Positions 1 to 9,153 are shown, counted from the stretch's first letter. The stretch: DNA of 61,723 bases from Nitrospirae bacterium CG2_30_53_67 (GCA_001873285.1 MNYV01000076.1:1-61723); one strand, 5' to 3'. The notes: generated by a model not told the origin, from the letters alone. Made by a program: numbers and translations.

Positions 1-639
1 CCCTTCATCCACGAGGGCCACAATCACCGATGAAGACCCGGTTGCTTGATCCCAGGCCTCCGGGGCGTCGATATCCGCGTCCACGGTCCCTCCGTTATCC
101 CCTGTGTTCTGGAGGCCCCACTGGCTCGAAAAGGAAGCATCATTCGGAACGGCTGTGGTATGAACGATGAAGTTGGGTTCGCTGAACTTCACTTCAGGAA
201 TCCCTTTTAACATCTTTACCGCATCTTCCACCTTGAGGGTATCAGGAATCTTGACCCGGCAGAGATTTGCCGCATTCAGAACCTCCGCCACATACATACC
301 GGATCCGTTCAGAAGACCCGCGATCTTGTCTCTCCCTATCTGCTGAGAAAACTGGACCAGGATTTCATGATCCACATACGGTTTATCTTTGGATGGATCT
401 GTCAGCCCGTTCTGGCCCCGTGCCGTGACCCGCTTCCCATCCTCTGCAGACGAATAGGATACGTCCCTGGCCGCCTCTGAATCCATGGCTTGGCCGGGGA
501 GAGGGGGTCCCGCAATCATCGGTCCCTTGATCACCGGTTCATATTTTTGCTTTAACGGCTCACCGAGTACGGTAACAAAAACAAGCAACGCGATGAAAAC
601 TAAGAGAAACAATCTAGTATTTTTAATTTTTTTATCCAT
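1..639 (-). CDS. Subtilisin-like serine protease (peptidase S8), N-terminal part; gene runs off the left edge
   Basis: Own translation of the minus strand; not in the ORF track because there is no in-window stop. MDKKIKNTRLFLLVFIALLVFV looks like a signal peptide. HEILVQF...VKFSEPNFIV is I9-propeptide-like. SQWGLQNTG..DADIDAPEAWD..VIVALVDEG is the subtilase Asp-box region. ATG at 637-639 is preceded by GAGGGG. Confidence 0.75.
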   Translation of the reverse strand, partial: MDKKIKNTRLFLLVFIALLVFVTVLGEPLKQKYEPVIKGPMIAGPPLPGQAMDSEAARDVSYSSAEDGKRVTARGQNGLTDPSKDKPYVDHEILVQFSQQIGRDKIAGLLNGSGMYVAEVLNAANLCRVKIPDTLKVEDAVKMLKGIPEVKFSEPNFIVHTTAVPNDASFSSQWGLQNTGDNGGTVDADIDAPEAWDQATGSSSVIVALVDEG

Positions 640-654
640 AAACCCCTCAACAAT

Positions 655-693
655 AAAAAAAGCCGAACCTCTAAAGGCAAAGAAGGTTCGGCT
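655..693 (-). terminator. Intrinsic terminator hairpin, likely expression platform of the upstream riboswitch
   Basis: Minus-strand RNA reads AGCCGAACC-15 nt loop-GGUUCGGCU followed by UUUUUU. It ends 15 nt before the protease ATG and lies 25 nt downstream of the aptamer. Confidence 0.6.
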
Positions 694-718
694 TTCTTAA
701 AAAAATAGCTTTTAAAAA

Positions 719-806
719 CCTAACTTCGGCAGCCCCTCCACCCCGCACTTACGGGGCAGGCAGCTTTGCGCCTCACCCTCGCGGATGATTTGCCTTTTTC
801 GGTTAG
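719..806 (-). promoter_or_regulatory. c-di-GMP-I (GEMM-I) riboswitch aptamer
   Basis: Minus-strand RNA: CUAACCGAAAAAGGCAAAUCAUCCGCGAGGGUGAGGCGCAAAGCUGCCUGCCCCGUAAGUGCGGGGUGGAGGGGCUGCCGAAGUUAGG. It carries GGCAAA, a GNRA (GCGA)-capped helix CAUCC/GGGUG, the CGCAAAGC junction and the closing helix CUAAC/GUUAG. From memory this parallels V. cholerae Vc2: GGGCAAACCAUUCGAAAGAGUGGGACGCAAAGCC. Confidence 0.8.
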
Positions 807-1004
807 TTTCTTTAACTAATTGTTATTTATATCTTTTCTCTTGCTATGACCTCCTGTTATAAGATTCCGGCCAAAATTTCATCTCCGGATTATTTATCGT
901 CATATTTTAAGTAATCATTAATTGAAATATGGAATATTCTTTCGGTACAGTTACATTATATGATCTATGGTCTTGTACGTCAATAAAATTTTTCTATTTT
1001 TTTG

Positions 1005-2201
1005 TCAAATCAGCCGTTTTAAGGCTTCCTCGATACGATTCAGCCCTTTCTGGATCATCTCCATGGATGTGGCATAGGAGAGCCGGATATACGCATCGGC
1101 TCCAAACGCACTGCCTGGGACTGCGGCCGCCTGAGCGATATTCAGAAGATAGTCGCAGAGATCCACCGAAGATCGGATGGTCTGCCCCTCATGCCTCCTA
1201 CCGTAAAAGGCGCTCACCTTGGGGAATACATAAAAAGCTCCCTCCGGATTCAAACAGGAAATCCCTTCCATGGCATTGAGGCGATCCACAATATATTGCC
1301 TCCTTTGGTCAAACTCTTTGACCATTTTTTCCACGGTATCCTGCGGACCATTGAGCGCCTCTTCGGCGGCTTTCTGGGCAATAGAGTTGGGGTTGGACGT
1401 GCTCTGGCTCTGGATGTCGGACATGGACTTGATCACATCGGAAGGTCCGACCGCCCATCCGATCCTCCATCCGGTCATGGCATGGGACTTGGATACGCCG
1501 TTGATAATGATCGTTCTCTTTCTTACCTCCTCACCCAGTTCGGCAATGGAATGGAACTCGAAACCTCCATAGACCAGCTTTTCATATATCTCGTCCGAAA
1601 TGACGTAGATATCGTGCTCTACAATCACCTCGGCCAGTTCCTTCAGATTCTCCAGGGTGTACCCGCACCCGGTAGGGTTTGAAGGACTGTTGAGGATTAA
1701 GGCCTTGGTCTTTTGAGAAAGGCTTCTTCGCAGCAACTCACCGGTCAACCGGAACTTCTCTGCTTCCCGTGTCTCCACGATTCTGGGAACGGCGCCTTGC
1801 AGCAGGACCTGATCCGGATAGGAGACCCAGTACGGCGCCGGAATGATCACCTCGTCTCCCGGTTCATACAAGGCCTGGGCTGTATTGTACAGGGCGTGTT
1901 TGGCCCCGCAGGAAATCAGGACCTGCGAAGGTTTGTAGTCCAGTCCATTGTCCCTTTTCATTTTCTCACAAACCGCTTTCTTGAGATCCAACGTCCCTGA
2001 TGCAGGGGTGTATTTGGTAAACCCCGCGTTCAGCGCGCGTACGGCCGCCTCTTTGATGTTATTGGGTGTATCAAAATCCGGTTCTCCGGCTCCGAAACCC
2101 ACGATATCCACTCCCTGTGCGCGCAGCTCCTTGGCCTTTGCATCGATGGCCAGGGTCACCGAAGGTTTTATGACGCTCACGCGGCTTGCTTTCGACTTCA
2201 C
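1005..2201 (-). CDS. Aspartate/aromatic aminotransferase, PLP-dependent class I
   Basis: 398-aa ORF with the class-I aminotransferase pattern, including NSPSNPTG and the PLP-lysine motif SKSHAMTGWRIGW. Confidence 0.9.
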   Translation of the reverse strand: MKSKASRVSVIKPSVTLAIDAKAKELRAQGVDIVGFGAGEPDFDTPNNIKEAAVRALNAGFTKYTPASGTLDLKKAVCEKMKRDNGLDYKPSQVLISCGAKHALYNTAQALYEPGDEVIIPAPYWVSYPDQVLLQGAVPRIVETREAEKFRLTGELLRRSLSQKTKALILNSPSNPTGCGYTLENLKELAEVIVEHDIYVISDEIYEKLVYGGFEFHSIAELGEEVRKRTIIINGVSKSHAMTGWRIGWAVGPSDVIKSMSDIQSQSTSNPNSIAQKAAEEALNGPQDTVEKMVKEFDQRRQYIVDRLNAMEGISCLNPEGAFYVFPKVSAFYGRRHEGQTIRSSVDLCDYLLNIAQAAAVPGSAFGADAYIRLSYATSMEMIQKGLNRIEEALKRLI

Positions 2202-2246
2202 AGATCCTCCTCCTTATGGATGAAACATGCGGAATGGCTGCTCCCT

Positions 2247-2744
2247 CTACTGATTTATTTTCTCCTTGAGTTTATTTTCGACCACGACCGGGACCATGTC
2301 CTTAAGGCTGCCGCCTAATTTTGCGACTTCTTTGATGATGCTGGAACTCAGATAGGTGTACCTTTCGCTCGGCATTAAAAAAACGGTCTCAAAGTTGGGG
2401 TCCATTTTCCGGTTCATCAGGGCCAGTTGAAATTCATACTCGAAATCAGAAACTGCACGCAATCCCCGGATGACCGCCACAGCCTTGTTCTTCCTGACAT
2501 ACTCCACGAGGAGACCCTCGATCACATCGATTTCTATCCTGGAATTCCGCCCAATCACCTCCCGGATCAGATCCACCCGTTCTTCGAGAGTGAAGAAGGG
2601 GGATTTATTCAGGCTCGGCGCAACAGCAATGATGATCCGATCAAAGATACGCAAACCCCGTTCGATCAGATCCACATGTCCGTTTGTAATGGGATCAAAA
2701 GTCCCCGGATAGACGGCAATCTTATTTTTCAATTTCCTCTCCAT
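2247..2744 (-). CDS. coaD: Phosphopantetheine adenylyltransferase
   Basis: 165 aa with N-terminal VYPGTFDPITNGHVDLIERG (the T/HxGH nucleotidyltransferase motif) and typical PPAT length. Confidence 0.95.
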   Translation of the reverse strand: MERKLKNKIAVYPGTFDPITNGHVDLIERGLRIFDRIIIAVAPSLNKSPFFTLEERVDLIREVIGRNSRIEIDVIEGLLVEYVRKNKAVAVIRGLRAVSDFEYEFQLALMNRKMDPNFETVFLMPSERYTYLSSSIIKEVAKLGGSLKDMVPVVVENKLKEKINQ

Positions 2745-3360
2745 AGAATGAAAAGACCGTATCTTTGACCCGCTTGGCTCTCAACAGACGGAGTTTTCCG
2801 AAGCACTCGGGAAGGGGCCGCCGCCGGTCGTGCTCCGCAATCACCAGGCCATCCTTTCTCAGCATTCCCTGCTCTCCGATCACCTCAATCAGCGCATAGG
2901 CCGAGTGATCACGATAGGGCGGATCTAAAAAGATCAGGTCAAAGGTCTCTTGATCCATGGATGAACGGCGTAACCAAGCTTTGCAGTCCTTTCCATGAAC
3001 CGACACCTTATTCCCGAAACCGCACAGCGCCGTATTCTCCTTCAGAATTTTCAGGGCATCCGATCCGGATTCGATCATGATGACCTCTCCGGCGCCCCTG
3101 CTGGCCGCCTCAAGCCCTATGCTCCCTGTCCCGGAAAAAAGATCCAGGAATCTGCACCCGGGGACCCGGTCGCGAAGCATATCAAAAAGGGTTTGCTTGG
3201 CCCGGTCCGAGGTCGGCCTGACCGTATTCCCCTTCAGGGCGCTAAGCTTCCTCCCCTTACAGTATCCGGAGATAATCCTGACCACCTGCCCCCCGGTATG
3301 AATCCTATGGCTGGCGCCTTCCACCTGCGCCAAGATACCCAAAAGATTCCTGAATATCAA
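2722..3360 (-). CDS. rsmD: 16S rRNA (guanine966-N2)-methyltransferase
   Basis: RIISGYCKGRKL..RPTSDR..FLDLFSGTGSIGLEA..DPPY motifs. The true start may be the GTG at 3285 (VVRIISG), since RsmD proteins normally begin there. Overlaps the coaD start. Confidence 0.85.
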   Translation of the reverse strand: MIFRNLLGILAQVEGASHRIHTGGQVVRIISGYCKGRKLSALKGNTVRPTSDRAKQTLFDMLRDRVPGCRFLDLFSGTGSIGLEAASRGAGEVIMIESGSDALKILKENTALCGFGNKVSVHGKDCKAWLRRSSMDQETFDLIFLDPPYRDHSAYALIEVIGEQGMLRKDGLVIAEHDRRRPLPECFGKLRLLRAKRVKDTVFSFYGEEIEK

Positions 3361-3610
3361 TGAAAAATTTTATTGTCTTCAAAGAGAGGGATCCATAAAT
3401 TCGTGTCTTCTGATTCATACTGTAAATGCCTTCGCTTCGTATCAAAAGAGCGGATGATGACACTGTATCCTGGAACCGTTTCGACAATATCACCACAAAT
3501 ATAAAAATAATTTCATTTTAATCACATATTGTTATAAGTTTTACTTAATGTTATACATTATATAATCTAAAAACCAAACCCCATAAAGATGAAAACCTGA
3601 TATAAAGAGG

Positions 3611-3639
3611 TTGTCTTCCGGAGGCAAGACCGCTATAAT
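3611..3639 (+). promoter_or_regulatory. Candidate sigma-70 promoter for the zinc-ribbon gene/rlmN
   Basis: TTGTCT (3611-3616), 17-nt spacer, TATAAT (3634-3639), about 40 nt upstream of the 3681 ATG in an AT-rich spacer. Confidence 0.35.
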
Positions 3640-3680
3640 ATTCCTGCAAATAAAATAAAACGGATGACAAGGAATCAGCC

Positions 3681-3992
3681 ATGGGAAACGAAAAAAGAAT
3701 CAAGATCATCTGCCCCGAATGTCAGAGTGAGATCATCGTGGATTCACTCTCCTTTAAAATTCTTTATCACGAACCCAAAAATGACGATGAAGGCTCCCCA
3801 AAGAAAAAATCCATTCAGGAGCTTTTAAAGGAGATGGCGGAACAGCGGGAAAAAACCGCCGCCCGTTTTGAGGAAGAAAAAGAGGCCTTGAAACACCGGA
3901 GCGAATACCTTGAAAATAAATTTGAAGAGATCAAGAAACATGTGGATACCAACGATAAAACACCGCCTCCCCACCCTTTTGATTACGATTGA
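3681..3992 (+). CDS. Hypothetical small protein, N-terminal zinc-ribbon-like CPEC motif plus charged coiled-coil tail
   Basis: 103-aa ORF with an AAGGAA RBS. Starts with IICPECQSEIIV, followed by a Lys/Glu-rich helix. No family recognised. Confidence 0.55.
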   Translation: MGNEKRIKIICPECQSEIIVDSLSFKILYHEPKNDDEGSPKKKSIQELLKEMAEQREKTAARFEEEKEALKHRSEYLENKFEEIKKHVDTNDKTPPPHPFDYD

Positions 3993-4016
3993 TTCATCTT
4001 TCAGATCCATACACGC

Positions 4017-5069
4017 ATGATGACCGGAAATGAAAAAATCGATCTCATAGGAATCGGCCGCGAAGAACTATGCCGCATGCTTTCCGATTTCGGGATGAAA
4101 CCCTTTCGCGGGAAACAGCTTTTTCAATGGATCCATAAGAACGGCGAGACCTCCTTTGACAGGATGACCGATTTCTCCAAGAGGGACCGGGAAATCCTTA
4201 ATCAAAGGACCCGGATCCTCCTCCCTGCGCTCACCGAACAGATGCATGCATCTGACGGCACGGAAAAATTTCTTTACCGGCTCGCAGACGGACACACCAT
4301 AGAAGGCGTGTTGATCCCGGACAGAAAGAGATTGACGTTGTGCGTCTCCACTCAGGCGGGGTGCGCCATGGGATGCGCTTTCTGTCTCACCGGGCAGGGA
4401 GGCCTGGTTCGTCATCTGACCGCCTCCGAAATTGTTGGACAGGTCCTTCTGGTAAGAAAAATACTCCAGGAAAAACAGCGCTTGACCCATATTGTGCTCA
4501 TGGGCATGGGTGAGCCGCTGGCCAATTACGAAAATACCATACAGGCCGTGAGGATCCTGCTTGACCCCATGGGCGCTGATTTTTCAAAGAGAAAGATCAC
4601 CCTTTCAACCTGCGGGTTGATTCCGGGCATCAAGCGTCTCGCAGCAGAAAAGCTGGGGATCCATCTGGCCGTGTCTCTCAATGCATCCGACTCTTTGAGC
4701 AGAGGCCGGATCATGCCGGTCAACCGGACCTATCCCATGGAAGAGCTGCTCGACGTTCTCCGGAACTACCCCCTTCCTGTCCGAAACAGGATCACCTTTG
4801 AGTATGTCCTGATTCACGGAATCAATGATTCCCTGGACGATGCAACAAGGCTGACGCGGATTCTTCGCGGCATCCGATGCAAGATCAACCTTATTCCCTA
4901 CAACCCGGTTCAGGGTTTGGATTTTGCTTCCCCGCCAAAAAGACGGATAGAGGCCTTTCAGGATATCCTGCAGCAGAACCGATATACGGCCGTAATCAGA
5001 GAGAGCAGAGGACGGGAGATCTCAGCCGCCTGCGGGCAGCTCAGGGAAAGGGAAAGAGCAGGCCTCTGA
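4017..5069 (+). CDS. rlmN: 23S rRNA/tRNA (adenine-C2)-methyltransferase, radical SAM
   Basis: 350 aa with FRGKQLFQWIH N-terminus, radical-SAM CAMGCAFC cluster motif, MGMGEPLAN and C-terminal SAACGQL. Confidence 0.95.
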   Translation: MMTGNEKIDLIGIGREELCRMLSDFGMKPFRGKQLFQWIHKNGETSFDRMTDFSKRDREILNQRTRILLPALTEQMHASDGTEKFLYRLADGHTIEGVLIPDRKRLTLCVSTQAGCAMGCAFCLTGQGGLVRHLTASEIVGQVLLVRKILQEKQRLTHIVLMGMGEPLANYENTIQAVRILLDPMGADFSKRKITLSTCGLIPGIKRLAAEKLGIHLAVSLNASDSLSRGRIMPVNRTYPMEELLDVLRNYPLPVRNRITFEYVLIHGINDSLDDATRLTRILRGIRCKINLIPYNPVQGLDFASPPKRRIEAFQDILQQNRYTAVIRESRGREISAACGQLRERERAGL

Positions 5070-5097
5070 ATACGATGAAGGCCATCAACTTGATTTT

Positions 5098-5137
5098 AAA
5101 AAAAAGACCTCCCGTATGATAGATCCATACGGGAGGT
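5098..5137. terminator. Terminator between convergent rlmN and the DsbA-like gene
   Basis: Perfect 13-bp stem GACCTCCCGTATG/CATACGGGAGGTC (5105-5117/5125-5137) with a 7-nt loop. There are seven T after the stem on the minus strand and TTT on the plus strand. Confidence 0.7.
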
Positions 5138-5185
5138 CTTTGCAAGACTTGATCCTGCTTACCTTGCCGGAACGAACATGCCTGT

Positions 5186-6046
5186 TTATGACCTCTTCTT
5201 TTTCAACTCCTCGTCAATCATTGCCTTGAAACCCTCCAGGGAACGATTGGTCAGAATTCGTCCGTTGATGAAGATGGTCGGCGTCCCTCTGACCCCGGCC
5301 CGGCCGGCATCGGATACATCTTTATCGATGGCGTTTTTATGTTTTGGATCTTTAAGACTCTTTTGGAAGGAGTCCATATTCAAACCGAGTTCCCCTGCCA
5401 TGTCGAGGAGCTTCTGATCCGACAGGGCGCTATAATTATTAAAGATCTTTTCTTCATACTCCCAATATTTTCCTTGCTCATTCGCGGCCAAGGCAGCGAC
5501 AGCCGCCTGCCGGGAGAATGCATGCGTGGGGATGGGATAGATCTTGCTCACCAGCTTGACTTGTTTGGGATATTGCCCCAGCACCTGCCGGAGTAGCGGC
5601 AAAAGCCGCGCACAGTAGGGTCACTGGAAGTCTTCGAAGACGGCGATCACCACCGGCGCATCGGCCGGACCTTTAAAGGGAGACCCTTTGACATCGATCG
5701 GCTGGATGAAACTGACATTGATGACGGAAAGGGTCTTGGCCTTTTCATTGGTTACAAAGAGCTGGTCACCCCGTGGAGACACGGCGATTCGGCCGATGTC
5801 CTTGTCCACGGGGATCCGGCCCTCTATCTTTTTCGTCGCCTGGGATTGAACCAGCACTTCTCCGGATGTCAGGATGAAAACCCATTGGCCGTCCGGCGTG
5901 GAGGCAATGTCGATCGGGTTTTGATCCAGATTCAACGTGGATATTTTGCTCCATTCCACTTCCGCCTGAACGGAAAGGGGCAGAAAGCAAACCAAGACAA
6001 AAAACAGCATGGAAAGTAGAACTAAACCCCTTTTTCTTTTTCCCAT
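5186..6046 (-). CDS. Secreted DsbA/thioredoxin-fold thiol:disulfide oxidoreductase with in-frame TGA (candidate selenocysteine, U-P-Y-C)
   Basis: Track ORFs 5621..6046 and 5186..5602 are in the same frame. Read-through of TGA (5621-5623) gives APVVIAVFEDFQ-U-PYCARLLPLLRQVL..GKYWEYEEKIF..GVRGTPTIFINGR, the DsbA (Thioredoxin_4) pattern with the first Cys of CPYC replaced by TGA. The N-terminus has a signal peptide (LSMLFFVLVCFLPLSVQA). Confidence 0.8.
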
Positions 6047-6139
6047 AGTCCGCCTCCCGTGTAAGAAATTTTTTATAACCTATCTTAGTACAGTCATTTG
6101 AGTCAAGGAAATAATTTCTGCAACACCGCACACATCATC

Positions 6140-6727
6140 TTATCGGACCCTCTCGAAGTATCCGCCGAAGGCGCAGGGGCGGCAAAGGATTTTGCCGTGG
6201 ACCTGGACATCCCGCATGTCCTGAACCCAGTCGCCGCATTGATCACAGCGCACGCGTCTGACCGGACGGCCCGGCCTGTCCTGAACGGGAATATGGACCC
6301 GCACTTCTCGTATTTCAAAAAGTTCATCCTCGGGCATGACCTTATACGCCTCCCTCTGCTGGTCGTATTTCTCCTGGATACCGGGCGCGTATTTCCGCGC
6401 AAGCTCCCGTGATGATTCCCTGGCGCGGACCCTGACCGCCCTTCCGGTCTCCAGGTTGACGAAGGTGGCGGCCATGATCCCGTAATCCATGATCTTCACT
6501 GTCCGTTTCCCCACGCGGCATCCGGTAACCGACATAATGGCATCCGAGGCGCATCGGTCCATTTCCACGTAGACGATGATCTTCTTACGTTCCGCTTTGG
6601 ATTTCGGATCCTCGATCCCGATCTCACGGCAGCCGGTGACGGCCATCCTGGTCCCGATGACCTGTCCAGGGCACTCCTCGCCGTGAAAAGCCACCGATTC
6701 CTTCAAACATTCTTCCAGGGTTTTCAT
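6140..6727 (-). CDS. FmdE/FwdE-family protein with C-terminal zinc ribbon
   Basis: FHGEECPGQVIGTRMA matches the FmdE signature, and CDQCGDW..CRPC forms the ribbon. Start placed at ATG 6727 (AAGGAGAA RBS) rather than the track start 6778, which overlaps the upstream gene. Confidence 0.8.
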   Translation of the reverse strand: MKTLEECLKESVAFHGEECPGQVIGTRMAVTGCREIGIEDPKSKAERKKIIVYVEMDRCASDAIMSVTGCRVGKRTVKIMDYGIMAATFVNLETGRAVRVRARESSRELARKYAPGIQEKYDQQREAYKVMPEDELFEIREVRVHIPVQDRPGRPVRRVRCDQCGDWVQDMRDVQVHGKILCRPCAFGGYFERVR

Positions 6728-6767
6728 TCCGATCCATTCTCCTTGATCCCTTTTCGTGTTCACGATC

Positions 6768-7793
6768 CTATTGACCAAAAGGACAGACTGGAAAGCGGCA
6801 GGTCTCGCAGTTCAGACAGAGCCCGCCGTGGCCCAGGGCTGCAAGGGCCTCCCGTCCGATCCGTTCTCCGGCCAAAACCCGGGGGAGTATCAGGTCAAAG
6901 AGGGTGATATCGTGGAACATCCCGCACGCCGGCACACCGATCACAGGAATATCGCCCATATATGCGACCATGAGCATGGCCCCTGGAAGGACCGAAGAGC
7001 CATAAGTGATCTCCTCTGCGCCGGCATCAGCCACAGCAAGACGCGTCACATCGTCCGGATCAACGGACATCCCTCCTGTGGTCACGATGAGATCCGCCCC
7101 TTTTCCTATCAGATCCCGTATATGCCCGGCGATGACTTTCCTTTCATCCGGGGCGTAACGAACATCTACGATACTGGATCCGATCTCCTCCACCTTTTTT
7201 TGTATCACGGGTCTGAACCGGTCCTTGATCCTCCCGTGGTAGACCTCGTTTCCCGTGATCACCACTCCAACGCCGGCTTTCCGAAGCGGGAGGAGATGGA
7301 GGACACCCCCTGCTTCTTTGCAGACGGCAACGGCCTTTTCGATAATCTTCTTATGAATCACCAGCGGAATGGCCCGCGTCCCGGCCAGGATCTCTCCTTT
7401 CTTGACATACGTGTTGGTATGACGCGTGGCGCACATCACCTCGCCTATAAGATTGAATCGATAGAGAGCCTGAACATTGACCTTAAGCAGACCCTCATAC
7501 GCGGCCGTAAGCTCCAGTTTCCCCTCTTTGGGTTCTTTGGAAACCATAATACCCCGGCCGGCCAGCGCCGAGGCCAGCATCACCGCCGCATCATTTTCAT
7601 GGAGGTCCTCACCGCCGATCTCCAGGACATAAAGATGCTCTTTCCCCAGGTTTTTTAGATGTTCGATATCCGATTCGGTAATGATGTGCCCTTTTTTGAA
7701 GGCCCTTCCCTTGAACTGACCCGGGATGATTTCCGTAATGTCATGGGCCAGCACGGTTCCAACGGCATCGTGTACCGGCAATGTCTTCACCAT
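6768..7793 (-). CDS. Molybdopterin-binding (MoCF-biosynthesis/MoeA-like domain) protein
   Basis: 341 aa. N-terminus LPVHDAVGTVLAHDI is like MoeA domain I. The central part, VVITGNEVYHGRIKD..ADLIVTTGGMSVDPDD, is a MoCF_BD fold. The tail is Cys-rich (CLNCETCRFPVCP). Confidence 0.7.
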   Translation of the reverse strand: MVKTLPVHDAVGTVLAHDITEIIPGQFKGRAFKKGHIITESDIEHLKNLGKEHLYVLEIGGEDLHENDAAVMLASALAGRGIMVSKEPKEGKLELTAAYEGLLKVNVQALYRFNLIGEVMCATRHTNTYVKKGEILAGTRAIPLVIHKKIIEKAVAVCKEAGGVLHLLPLRKAGVGVVITGNEVYHGRIKDRFRPVIQKKVEEIGSSIVDVRYAPDERKVIAGHIRDLIGKGADLIVTTGGMSVDPDDVTRLAVADAGAEEITYGSSVLPGAMLMVAYMGDIPVIGVPACGMFHDITLFDLILPRVLAGERIGREALAALGHGGLCLNCETCRFPVCPFGQ

Positions 7794-7905
7794 TTCACCC
7801 TCCTGCTTGATTCATGGGTTCCCGATCCGTGTTGTGCATGTTTTACATAATGTTTTATCAAGAAACCCTTTAAAATTCAAGGTAAATAATCCCTCCGCCA
7901 TTCTC

Positions 7906-9066
7906 CTAAAACAAACCCTTCTTCTGCCTGGAACCCAAACATTGAGGGCAGGTTTCTCCGAGCAGCCCCAGAAAAGGCTCTCCGCAAATCCGGCAGCTCT
8001 TAGCAGATACACACATGAGCTCTCTCTCTTTTCCCTGGAGCAGTTCCTGAAGAACCACTTCCTCTTTAAACGAAACGGCCTTTGGAAGGCAGGCCTCCCC
8101 GCAAATCCGGCATCCGGTGCATTTTGAGGCATTGAAAAAAATGCGTATTTTTTTCCCCTCTTCATCCGGCTCTCTCCGGATGGCCCCGGTAGGACAGAGG
8201 GTCTCACAGACATTACAGCCGATGCAAGCCCCGGAAATCTCAAGGTCGACAACCGGGAAAACCTTAAAAGAGAGCTTCTCTTTTAGGGGTCCTCCCAGCA
8301 AAGGGAGCAATTCAAAGAGAAAGGACCGCATGGGATTCTCCCGGTGAGACCACCGGTTGATACCGGGGTCCTCCCCGGAATCAGGAATCAAATCCCTGGC
8401 GGCATCCAGGGTTCGCTTACGGAAGAAACTGAAGAGTTCCCTGCGTCCCAATCCTTCTCCGGAAGGTCTACTTTTATCCGAATGATCTTCCTTTAAAAGA
8501 TCAAAATCCTCCACTTCTTTGATCCGTTCCCCGGAAATCCCAAAACAAGAAAGCAGTTTACGTGTCCTCACGAGAAGCTGTTCATAGTGTTTCATGGATC
8601 CGAAAAAGGGACAGGTTTCACACCCGGTTCTTTTGATTAAAACCTCTTTCGCTCCCCAGGCAAAGGGGGCGATCAGATAGGCTTCCGACAGCCCGGCAAG
8701 ACAGGGAAGGACCATGACCTCCGCACGATTTTTTCTCTCGTGCATGATACAGGTCCATCGCGCAATGGAATCCGATTCCAGTTCTTTCTTGAGCCGTTCA
8801 CGCCGTTCCATCTCCTTGCGGCCGCTCAACGTGAATACCCCGTTGGGACAAGACGGGATGCATATCTCGCACCCGGAACAGCTCTCTCCGAGGACTACGG
8901 ATTGACCCAGTATATTCACCGCATCGCAAGGACACGCATTGAGGCATATTTTACAGCCTGAACGTGGATAACGGATCCTCGAACAAAGATGGGATCGAAT
9001 CCTGATGTCCGATTCCCTGGCCAACTGTCCCAGCATGCGGTTCAAAATCCCGCTCTGAAATACCAT
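7906..9066 (-). CDS. Multi-cluster 4Fe-4S ferredoxin-domain protein
   Basis: 386 aa with several CxxCxxCxxxCP motifs: CKICLNACPC, CSGCEICIPSCP, CIGCNVCETLCP, CTGCRICGEAC. Confidence 0.75.
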   Translation of the reverse strand: MVFQSGILNRMLGQLARESDIRIRSHLCSRIRYPRSGCKICLNACPCDAVNILGQSVVLGESCSGCEICIPSCPNGVFTLSGRKEMERRERLKKELESDSIARWTCIMHERKNRAEVMVLPCLAGLSEAYLIAPFAWGAKEVLIKRTGCETCPFFGSMKHYEQLLVRTRKLLSCFGISGERIKEVEDFDLLKEDHSDKSRPSGEGLGRRELFSFFRKRTLDAARDLIPDSGEDPGINRWSHRENPMRSFLFELLPLLGGPLKEKLSFKVFPVVDLEISGACIGCNVCETLCPTGAIRREPDEEGKKIRIFFNASKCTGCRICGEACLPKAVSFKEEVVLQELLQGKERELMCVSAKSCRICGEPFLGLLGETCPQCLGSRQKKGLF

Positions 9067-9153
9067 GAGTATCCTTCTTTAAAAAGATCCGGACATACGG
9101 TGTGATTGTATAACAATTTTTCTTGTGTTGGCAACCGGAAGATTTCCGAAGAT

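Noticed and set aside
485-700. 71-aa plus-strand ORF and 116-aa ORF (929..1279) near the left end.
   Set aside because: The first is antisense to the S8 protease N-terminus and runs through the riboswitch terminator. The second overlaps the aminotransferase gene in antisense. Neither has a motif or an RBS.
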